Below are positions 1-7,382 of a DNA stretch of 19,968 nt, one piece after another. A program made the position numbers and the translations under genes. The first letter of the stretch is position 1. Every line of letters starts with the position of its first letter. Source of the stretch: Candidatus Rifleibacteriota bacterium (GTDB lineage: Bacteria; Muiribacteriota; Ozemobacteria; Ozemobacterales; Ozemobacteraceae); assembly GCA_051747585.1 (NCBI GenBank), contig JBNJGH010000064.1, forward strand, positions 1-19,968, written 5' to 3'. The notes below the pieces were generated by a model. The model searched no databases. It was not told where the DNA came from and was given only the letters and a program-made list of their open reading frames with translations.

Positions 1-267
1 TTCCAATACAATAGAAACCATTCTCGGTATAGTATCTTTATGCTCATCTGAGGCAGAATCCCAACTCTCAAAAGCTTCATCTCTTTCCTTGTAATAGGTA
101 AAATCAGCTGATATTAATCCCTGACAAAGCACCATTCCGTCAGCATCAGAGTCTTCCCTGAGAGGAAATCTGTCCTCAAACATCGGCCTATCGCTGCGGT
201 AAAGAATAAAATCATCTCCCTCTTCATTTTCTTTGACATAATAACCAGACAAGGCAATAGAATACAT
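1..267 (-). CDS. Partial ORF running off the window start; resembles the C-terminal part of a type II secretion minor pseudopilin (GspJ-like)
   Basis: Manual translation of the minus strand gives [89 protein letters not shown] with no stop. The pattern YYV...LYRSD...LC.GL...F.YY....ESWDS.....P..V.I.L resembles GspJ C-termini (recalled, not searched). An in-frame stop lies just upstream at 280-282 and there is no prepilin N-terminus, so it is probably 5'-truncated. Confidence 0.45.
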   Translation of the reverse strand, partial: MYSIALSGYYVKENEEGDDFILYRSDRPMFEDRFPLREDSDADGMVLCQGLISADFTYYKERDEAFESWDSASDEHKDTIPRMVSIVLE

Positions 268-1045
268 AAAAAACACACCTCAGGTGCGTGACATTGTGGT
301 ATCCGGTGGCGACCCCCTGCTTTTGTCCGACGACAGACTCGAAGACATTTTGAAACGCCTGCGGGAAATACCCCATGTAGAAATAATCAGAATAGGCAGC
401 AGAACTCCGGTGGTTCTACCACAAAGAATCACCCCACAACTTTGCGATATGTTAAAAAAATATCACCCGGTATGGTTGAACACTCATTTTAATCATAGTC
501 AGGAAATAACCTCAGATTCGGCCAAAGCCTGCGAGCTTCTCAGTTATGCCGGCATTCCTCTCGGAAACCAGTCAGTATTACTGGCAGGGGTAAACGATTG
601 CGCTCACGTAATGCGCCACCTTGTTCATGATCTGGTTAAAATTAGAGTCCGCCCCTATTATATTTATCAATGCGACCTCTCTTTTGGTTTAGCGCATTTT
701 AGAACCCCGGTTGCCAAAGGAATTGAAATCATCGAAGCCTTGAGAGGTCATACTTCGGGCTTCTGCGTACCAACCTATGTAGTTGACGCACCCGGCGGCG
801 GCGGAAAAATTCCCGTTATGCCGAACTATCACATCTCGAGTGGCTATAAAAAAGTCATTCTACGCAATTACGAAGGTGTTATTACCTGTTACAACGAGCC
901 AGAAGAATACAAACCCAGTTGCAGCTGCGATGCCTGCAAATCAGGGCAAAAAGATATGGACGGGGTAGCAGGTCTTCATCAGGGAAAAATTTCTCTCGAG
1001 CCTGAAAATCTAAAACGAAACCAGAGGAACAAGAAACAGCATTAA
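248..1045 (+). CDS. kamA: Lysine 2,3-aminomutase (radical SAM/PLP), 5'-truncated; C-terminal ~265 aa only
   Basis: Homology extends upstream of the ORF-track GTG (284) to 248: [24 protein letters not shown]. Also [35 protein letters not shown], the PLP lysine motif APGGGGKIP and the C-terminal Zn motif CSCDAC. An in-frame TAA at 242-244 cuts it off, and the CxxxCxxC radical-SAM motif is absent. Confidence 0.93.
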   Translation, partial: DKAIEYIKNTPQVRDIVVSGGDPLLLSDDRLEDILKRLREIPHVEIIRIGSRTPVVLPQRITPQLCDMLKKYHPVWLNTHFNHSQEITSDSAKACELLSYAGIPLGNQSVLLAGVNDCAHVMRHLVHDLVKIRVRPYYIYQCDLSFGLAHFRTPVAKGIEIIEALRGHTSGFCVPTYVVDAPGGGGKIPVMPNYHISSGYKKVILRNYEGVITCYNEPEEYKPSCSCDACKSGQKDMDGVAGLHQGKISLEPENLKRNQRNKKQH

Positions 1046-2089
1046 ATGAGTCTTGCAGGTTTAACAGGCGAATATAATTGCATCGCCATTATTGGCATGG
1101 AAAAAAATGCCGGAAAAACCACGGTGCTCAATCATCTGCTTGAATCGGCAAGAAACAAAGTTACTGCTTTAACATCTATTGGTTACGACGGCGAACAAAC
1201 CGATCAGGTAACAAATACCGGCAAACCAGCAATTTATGTCAGCTGTGGCACTCTAATCGCCACAGCTGACAGTCTTTTAAATTACTGCGATGTTACCAGA
1301 GAGCTGCTCAAAATGACATCAATTCATACTTCAATCGGAGAAATCGTTATTTTCAGAGCTCTCAGCGACGGGTATGTGCGTATTGCCGGGCCTTCGATAA
1401 CTACACAGATGGATAAAGTGATTGAAATGTTTAAAGCATACAAGGCAGAAAAGATTTTTATCGATGGTGCTGCAGCCAGAAAATCAACTGCAGCCATTAA
1501 TGCCGCTGACGCATGTATACTTGCAACCGGCGCTTCCTATTCCACCTCTATTGACTTAATCGCCAGACAAACTGCTTTTTATGCAGAATTATTAAATCTT
1601 TCTCCTGTTTTGGACAAACAGATTTGCGAACTATTCAATCGCAACCTGCATGAAGAAAAAGGCAGCAACCTATGCTTCGCCCTTCTCGCAGATGGCAAAA
1701 TCAGCTCTCTGGGCAGCTCTTTAGCTCTGGATTCAGCAGATGAGGCAGCAGGCTTTGACAACCTTTCAGCAATTATTTTTACCGGAGCATTGACGGCAAA
1801 ATTTGCCCGCCGTTTTTTAGAAAAAACACGGCTTCTTAAAAAGCTGCAGCTTATAGTGCGTGATGGAACCCGCATATTGGTCAATCTCGATCAATACAAA
1901 GATTTTAAACGAAGAGGAGCAGAGTTCAGAGTATTTAAACAAGCCAAACTTCTGGCCATAACTACTAATCCTGTGGCTCCATCAGGTTTCCAAATTGATC
2001 CGATCAAGCTTAAAAAGCTTATTGAGCATAAAACAGGTTTGCCGGTTTTCGATGTCATTGCAGACAAAGCAGAGGAGGTCGAGCGTTGA
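1046..2089 (+). CDS. kamB: KamB-like P-loop protein, probable subunit of the lysine 5,6-aminomutase reactivating factor
   Basis: N-terminal IAIIGMEKNAGKTT P-loop, TSIGYDGE, IDGA..RKS and C-terminal TTNPVAP. Sits between kamA and a MutS-like gene, as in known kamABCDE clusters. ATG directly follows the kamA TAA. Confidence 0.8.
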   Translation: MSLAGLTGEYNCIAIIGMEKNAGKTTVLNHLLESARNKVTALTSIGYDGEQTDQVTNTGKPAIYVSCGTLIATADSLLNYCDVTRELLKMTSIHTSIGEIVIFRALSDGYVRIAGPSITTQMDKVIEMFKAYKAEKIFIDGAAARKSTAAINAADACILATGASYSTSIDLIARQTAFYAELLNLSPVLDKQICELFNRNLHEEKGSNLCFALLADGKISSLGSSLALDSADEAAGFDNLSAIIFTGALTAKFARRFLEKTRLLKKLQLIVRDGTRILVNLDQYKDFKRRGAEFRVFKQAKLLAITTNPVAPSGFQIDPIKLKKLIEHKTGLPVFDVIADKAEEVER

Positions 2090-3537
2090 ATTTGACTTCT
2101 GCTTATAAACCCTGCAAAGACTGGCTGTTAAAAAGTGCCCCTTTATTTTCCTGCTATGGACGCAAAGCTTTAAAGAGATTGCTGGGGAATAAAAATTGTG
2201 ATATCTACCAGCTTCAGCTGAGCTTTACAGAGCTCAAGAAATTTGCCGATCAGCTTACAAAAAATAAAGGATTTTTTGACCAGGCAGCTGATATTTTTGT
2301 TACTTTGCGTGATCTGAGCGGAACTTTTACCAATATCAGGCGTCAGCAAATTTTAGGCGAAACCGAACTTTTTGAAATAAAAACATTTTCTTTAGCTTTC
2401 AACCGATTTTACGAACTTTACCATCATTCAGGTCTCAAGCTGAGAGACTTCAAAATTCACCAAATGAACTGTTTAATTAGAATGTTGAATCCGGAAGACT
2501 TGATTACCAGTTCTTTTTATATTTATGACGCATATTCAAAACGCCTTGGCAGAATTCGAAAAAACAAACATATTATTGAAAGTGAGATTTTAAGGGAACC
2601 CGACCCTGAAAACAAAGAACCACTAAGACTAAAACGAAGTGAAATAGTATCTTTAGAGAAACAGGAAGAGTTTAAAATTAGAGAAAAACTTAGCAAAGAA
2701 ATGCTCAAATGGCTCGATAAACTCGAAGAAAATGCCAATGCAATCGGCTATTTCGAACTTATGCTTGCCAAAGCTGTGCTGGCAAGAAGATGGCCCAGCT
2801 GTTTTCCCAATATTCAACTGTCAGACAGCTACAGCCAGATGAAAGTAACTAACGCAATTAACCCTGAAATTGCCGAAAACCTTGAAGCAAGAGGCAAAGA
2901 TTTCACACCGGTAAGCATAAAAGTACAGCCCGGGGTTACCGTTATAACCGGAGCAAATATGGGGGGCAAAACCGTTGCCTTAATGACTATCGCGATGAAT
3001 ACCGAGCTGGTAAGATATGGCTTCTGCCCTTATGCTGAATCTTTCTCTATGCCATTATTCGATTTCATTTGTTTTAACAGCGGTGACTCACAAAACTACA
3101 CAACCGGGCTAAGCAGCTTTGGTGCCGAAGTAATGCAGCTGAGCGAAGTCAGCACGCTTCTGGAAAAAGGCGTAGGGCTGGTCATCTTCGATGAATTCGC
3201 CCGATCTACCAACCCTTTTGAGGGAAGTCGCTTTGTTCAAGCCTTGTGTGAATACCTGCAACAGCACAGGGTTTATGCAATAGTAGCAACTCATTATGAT
3301 GGCATAAGACTTCAGAATGCTTCTTATTATCAGGTAATCGGGCTTAAAAGCTACGATCACGACGAAATTGGCTGCGCCGACAGAGAAAAACTTCTGGATC
3401 GTTTATGCGAAAACATGGATTATCGGCTCAAAAAAGTCGAGGCAGATTACCAGGTACCCAAAGACGCACTTCATATAGCCAATATGCTTATCAGCGATCA
3501 AGAGTTCATCAAAATTCTTAAAAAACATTATGTCTAG
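2086..3537 (+). CDS. kamC: KamC-like MutS-family ATPase, probable lysine 5,6-aminomutase reactivase ATPase
   Basis: MutS domain V motifs: ITGANMGGKT (Walker A), GLSSFGAE, VIFDEFARSTNPFEG (Walker B), ATHY. No mismatch-binding N-terminus. TTG start overlaps the kamB stop, with RBS GAGGAGG at ~2072-2078. Confidence 0.82.
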   Translation: MNLTSAYKPCKDWLLKSAPLFSCYGRKALKRLLGNKNCDIYQLQLSFTELKKFADQLTKNKGFFDQAADIFVTLRDLSGTFTNIRRQQILGETELFEIKTFSLAFNRFYELYHHSGLKLRDFKIHQMNCLIRMLNPEDLITSSFYIYDAYSKRLGRIRKNKHIIESEILREPDPENKEPLRLKRSEIVSLEKQEEFKIREKLSKEMLKWLDKLEENANAIGYFELMLAKAVLARRWPSCFPNIQLSDSYSQMKVTNAINPEIAENLEARGKDFTPVSIKVQPGVTVITGANMGGKTVALMTIAMNTELVRYGFCPYAESFSMPLFDFICFNSGDSQNYTTGLSSFGAEVMQLSEVSTLLEKGVGLVIFDEFARSTNPFEGSRFVQALCEYLQQHRVYAIVATHYDGIRLQNASYYQVIGLKSYDHDEIGCADREKLLDRLCENMDYRLKKVEADYQVPKDALHIANMLISDQEFIKILKKHYV

Positions 3538-3542
3538 AAACA

Positions 3543-3558
3543 GTCGGAAAATTCCGAC
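3543..3558. promoter_or_regulatory. Palindrome between kamC and kamD (operator or mRNA stem)
   Basis: GTCGGAA-AA-TTCCGAC: perfect 7-bp arms, 5 bp after the kamC stop, followed by an AT-rich tract before kamD. Confidence 0.3.
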
Positions 3559-3599
3559 AATTTAATTTATAAATAAAATTTATCAGGTAAGGAAAGAAA

Positions 3600-5159
3600 A
3601 TGAATAGCAAGCTTAACCTCGATTTTTCACTCGTAGAAAAAGCAAGGCAGTATGCAAAAAATATTGCCCAACAGACACAATCATTTATCGAGAAGCACAC
3701 CAGCGTTACTATTGAACGCACCTGTGCAAGATTGCTGGGTATTGACGGCGTCGATGAATTTGATGTGCCATTACCAAACCGGGTTGTCGAAAACATAAAA
3801 AGCAACAACGGTTTGAATTTAGGCCTTTCGATTTATATGGGCAACGCTGTTTTGAAGACCGGCAAAACACCTCAACAGATTGCCGAGAAAGTTGCCAAAG
3901 GCGAGCTTGATCTCACCCGTCTTGAAATGGGCGATCTGTTTGAAATCAAAGCCAAAATAACTGAACTGGCAAAGGTTACGACCGAAAAAATCAAAAAAAA
4001 TCGCGAAACCCGCGAAAATACTATTAAAAGGCTTGGCGACAAATCAGGGCCATACCTGTATGCCATAGTTGCCACAGGTAACATCTATGAAGACATTACC
4101 CAGGCCTGCGCTGCAGCTTCTCAAGGTGCAGACATTATCGCGGTAATCAGAACTACGGCCCAGAGTCTGCTCGACTTTGTTCCTTACGGTGCCACAACCG
4201 AAGGATTCGGCGGCACATACGCCACCCAGGAAAACTTTCGCCTGATGCGCAAAGCTCTGGACGAAGCCGGAGAAAAAGCCGGGCATTATGTTCATTTGTG
4301 CAACTACTGCTCTGGACTTTGTATGCCCGAAATAGCAGCAATGGGAGCGATCGAGCGTCTTGATATAATGCTTAACGACGCTTTATACGGAATTCTCTTC
4401 AGAGATATAAACATGAAGAGAACCATGCTCGATCAGCATTTTTCCAGAATGATTAATGCTTATGCCGGCGTTATTATAAACACGGGCGAAGACAATTACC
4501 TGACGACATCAGACGCCTACGAAGAAGCACACACTGTTCTGGCTTCAATGTTCATAAATGAACAATTCGCACTCCTGTCCGGCTTGTCTCAGGAGCAAAT
4601 GGGGCTTGGCCACGCCTTTGAAATGAATCCCGATCTTGACAATGCATTTGTTTACGAGCTTGCTCAGGCGCAGATGGCAAGAGAAATTTTTCCAAAATCG
4701 CCTCTGAAATACATGCCCCCGACAAAATTTAAAACCGGCAATATCTTCAGAGCACATGTCCAAGACGCCCTGTTCAATATGGTTTCTATCTTAACCAATC
4801 AGAAAATTCACCTTCTTGGAATGCTGACCGAAGCAATTCACACACCCTTTATGTCTGACCGGGCTTTATCAATTGAAAACGCCCGCTACATTTTTAAAAC
4901 AATGGCCGATCTTGGCGACGAAATCACCTTTAAAGAAGATGGAATTATGGCAAAAAGAGCTGCTCAGGTTCTTAAAGATGCCTGCGAAATGCTGGAACAT
5001 GTAAAAGGAGACGGTTTGTTTAAAACTCTGGAAAAGGGCAAGTTTGGTGGCGTCAAACGACCAATCGACGGTGGCAAAGGGCTCAACGGAGTTGTCGAAA
5101 AACATCCCGATTATTACAACCCATTCTATGAAATTATGGAGAAAGGAGCCGGCAAATGA
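3600..5159 (+). CDS. kamD: D-lysine/L-beta-lysine 5,6-aminomutase alpha subunit
   Basis: 519 aa; SKLNLDF start, VATGNIYED, IAVIRTTAQSLLDFVPYG, NYCSGLCMPE, NTGEDNY, KYMPPTK, GMLTEAIHTP. Confidence 0.96.
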   Translation: MNSKLNLDFSLVEKARQYAKNIAQQTQSFIEKHTSVTIERTCARLLGIDGVDEFDVPLPNRVVENIKSNNGLNLGLSIYMGNAVLKTGKTPQQIAEKVAKGELDLTRLEMGDLFEIKAKITELAKVTTEKIKKNRETRENTIKRLGDKSGPYLYAIVATGNIYEDITQACAAASQGADIIAVIRTTAQSLLDFVPYGATTEGFGGTYATQENFRLMRKALDEAGEKAGHYVHLCNYCSGLCMPEIAAMGAIERLDIMLNDALYGILFRDINMKRTMLDQHFSRMINAYAGVIINTGEDNYLTTSDAYEEAHTVLASMFINEQFALLSGLSQEQMGLGHAFEMNPDLDNAFVYELAQAQMAREIFPKSPLKYMPPTKFKTGNIFRAHVQDALFNMVSILTNQKIHLLGMLTEAIHTPFMSDRALSIENARYIFKTMADLGDEITFKEDGIMAKRAAQVLKDACEMLEHVKGDGLFKTLEKGKFGGVKRPIDGGKGLNGVVEKHPDYYNPFYEIMEKGAGK

Positions 5160-5944
5160 GCAGCGGATTATATTCAATGGAAAGCAAAAACTATTCTAAA
5201 GAATTAGATATGACTCAAATAAAGCCCTACGGAGACACAATGAACGACGGCAAAGTCCAGGTCAGCTTTACTCTGCCCATGAAAAATAACGAGCGTGCCG
5301 AAGAGGCAGCCCGGCAACTTGGCCTGAAAATGGGGCTGACAAACGTTCAGGTTGTTCATCGCCAGGCTCTTGATGAAGATTTTACCTTTCTGGTTCTATA
5401 TGGCTCTTTAACCCATACAGTTGATAGCACAGCTATTAAGGTCAGCGTCATAGAAACTGACGTAATGGAAATGAAAGAAATCGACGCTTTCATAGAGGAA
5501 AACATAAAGCGCAAGCTGGTGGTAATCGGCGCTTCTACCGGCACCGACGCCCATACAGTTGGCATTGACGCGATAATGAACATGAAAGGTTACGCAGGCC
5601 ATTACGGCCTTGAACGCTACGAAATGATCGAAGCTTATAACATGGGTAGCCAGGTAAGTAATGAAGACTTTGTCAAAAAGGCTGAAGAGCTCAAAGCTGA
5701 CGTTTTACTCGTTTCACAAACCGTTACTCAAAAAGACATTCATATAAAAAACCTGGTAGAACTCGTAGAACTACTAGAGGCTTCAAAAATTCGCGACAAA
5801 GTAATTCTCATTGCCGGCGGCCCGAGGGTCAACAACGATCTGGCTAAAGAACTGGGCTTTGATGCAGGTTTTGGCCCGGGCAAGTATTCTGAAGACGTTG
5901 CTTCATTCTTTGTTGAAGAATTTCTTAAAAGGAAAATGAAATAA
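5156..5944 (+). CDS. kamE: Lysine 5,6-aminomutase beta subunit (cobalamin-binding)
   Basis: MSSGLYS start, KPYGDTMNDGKVQ, DxHxxG motif (DAHTVG), PLP lysine in MNMKGYAG, LVSQTVTQK. ATGA overlap with kamD. Confidence 0.96.
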   Translation: MSSGLYSMESKNYSKELDMTQIKPYGDTMNDGKVQVSFTLPMKNNERAEEAARQLGLKMGLTNVQVVHRQALDEDFTFLVLYGSLTHTVDSTAIKVSVIETDVMEMKEIDAFIEENIKRKLVVIGASTGTDAHTVGIDAIMNMKGYAGHYGLERYEMIEAYNMGSQVSNEDFVKKAEELKADVLLVSQTVTQKDIHIKNLVELVELLEASKIRDKVILIAGGPRVNNDLAKELGFDAGFGPGKYSEDVASFFVEEFLKRKMK

Positions 5945-5951
5945 CCCCCCT

Positions 5952-7382
5952 ATGCGCTCACTCGTATGGTTTCGCCGCGACTTGAGAATAAGCGACAACC
6001 CTGCTCTGCATCACGCCTGCCGTGATTCAGAGCAGGTAATTGCTCTTTACTTTACCACCCCGAAGCAGTGGCAGCTTCATAACGAAGCAGAATGCAAAAT
6101 AAACTTCTGGATAAAGAATCTGCAAAGCTTAAAAACCTCATTAGAGAAGTTAAAGATCCCCTTGCAGGTTATTTCCCTGGAAACCTATGAAGAAGTGCCC
6201 GCGAAAATTGAAGAGATAGCCTGCGAACTTAATTGCGACAGACTTTATTATAATTATGAATACGAGCCCAAGGAAAAGAGGCGCGACGAACAATCAGTCA
6301 GCAGGTTGCAAAAGCGCAATATTAAAGCTTTTGGCTTTCATGACCGGCTGATAATAGATCCCGGCAAAGTCCTTACCGGAAGCAACAAGCCCTATCTGGT
6401 TTTCACCCCTTATAGAAACAAGTGGGCAAAAATAATAAACGCAGAAGATCTAAAAACCTTTTCCAGCCCCGAAACCCAAAAAAATATAAAGAATATTAAA
6501 AGCTCAACGATCTCGACAGTTTCTTTCTCTCAAAACCCTTTGATCGATAAACTGTGGCCGGCAGGCGAAAACTCGGCTCAAAAATTTTTATCAGATTTTT
6601 TGCACAACAAAATCAGTGATTATGACAAAGATCGTGACATACCTGCAATAGATGGCACCAGCAGACTTTCTCCATACCTGGCCGCCGGCGTTATATCTCC
6701 CCGGCAATGTTTGGAGCAACTGTTAGAAATAAGAAAAAACAAAGTATTTTTGCCCGACTTTTCAACTTCGGCCGGCACCTGGGTCAACGAACTTATCTGG
6801 CGAGAATTTTACAATAATATTCTTATCGAGTTTCCACGCGTTGGTAAAGAACTCCCATTTAAACTCAATACCGAAAAAATTGCCTGGAGCCACAATCAGG
6901 AACACCTGGAAGCCTGGCAAAACGGGCTGACCGGCTATCCCATAGTCGATGCAGCAATGCGACAGCTGAAAGAAACCGGCTGGATGCACAACAGGTTAAG
7001 AATGATTGCCGCAATGTTTCTTTCCAAACACCTGTTGCTTGATTGGCGGCTTGGCGAAGCCTGGTTCATGAAGAATCTGATCGATGGCGACCTGGCCTCT
7101 AACAACGGCGGATGGCAATGGTCGGCTTCAACCGGCACTGATTCCGTACCCTACTTCAGGGTTTTCAATCCATTCAGGCAAAGCCAAAAGTTCGATAAAA
7201 ATGGCGAGTTCATAAAAAAATATTGTCCGGAACTTGAAAACTGTTCTGCCAGATCTTTGCACGACCCAAAGCTATTGGCAAAAGAAATAAAAACAAAGGG
7301 TGTCGAGTATCCCGAACCATTGGTCGAGCATTCAACTGCACGTAAAAAAGCAATATCCAGGTTTAAAAATCTACATCAGTAG
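5952..7382 (+). CDS. phrB: Class I CPD deoxyribodipyrimidine photolyase
   Basis: LVWFRRDLR..DNPAL, TSRLSPYL, ELIWREFY, TGYPIVDAAMRQL..TGWMHNRLRM, DGDLASNNGGWQWSASTGTD, RVFNP. Confidence 0.93.
   Translation: MRSLVWFRRDLRISDNPALHHACRDSEQVIALYFTTPKQWQLHNEAECKINFWIKNLQSLKTSLEKLKIPLQVISLETYEEVPAKIEEIACELNCDRLYYNYEYEPKEKRRDEQSVSRLQKRNIKAFGFHDRLIIDPGKVLTGSNKPYLVFTPYRNKWAKIINAEDLKTFSSPETQKNIKNIKSSTISTVSFSQNPLIDKLWPAGENSAQKFLSDFLHNKISDYDKDRDIPAIDGTSRLSPYLAAGVISPRQCLEQLLEIRKNKVFLPDFSTSAGTWVNELIWREFYNNILIEFPRVGKELPFKLNTEKIAWSHNQEHLEAWQNGLTGYPIVDAAMRQLKETGWMHNRLRMIAAMFLSKHLLLDWRLGEAWFMKNLIDGDLASNNGGWQWSASTGTDSVPYFRVFNPFRQSQKFDKNGEFIKKYCPELENCSARSLHDPKLLAKEIKTKGVEYPEPLVEHSTARKKAISRFKNLHQ

Noticed and set aside
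2086..3537. DNA mismatch repair mutS/mutS2
   Set aside because: It lacks mismatch-binding and Smr domains, and the context identifies it as KamC.
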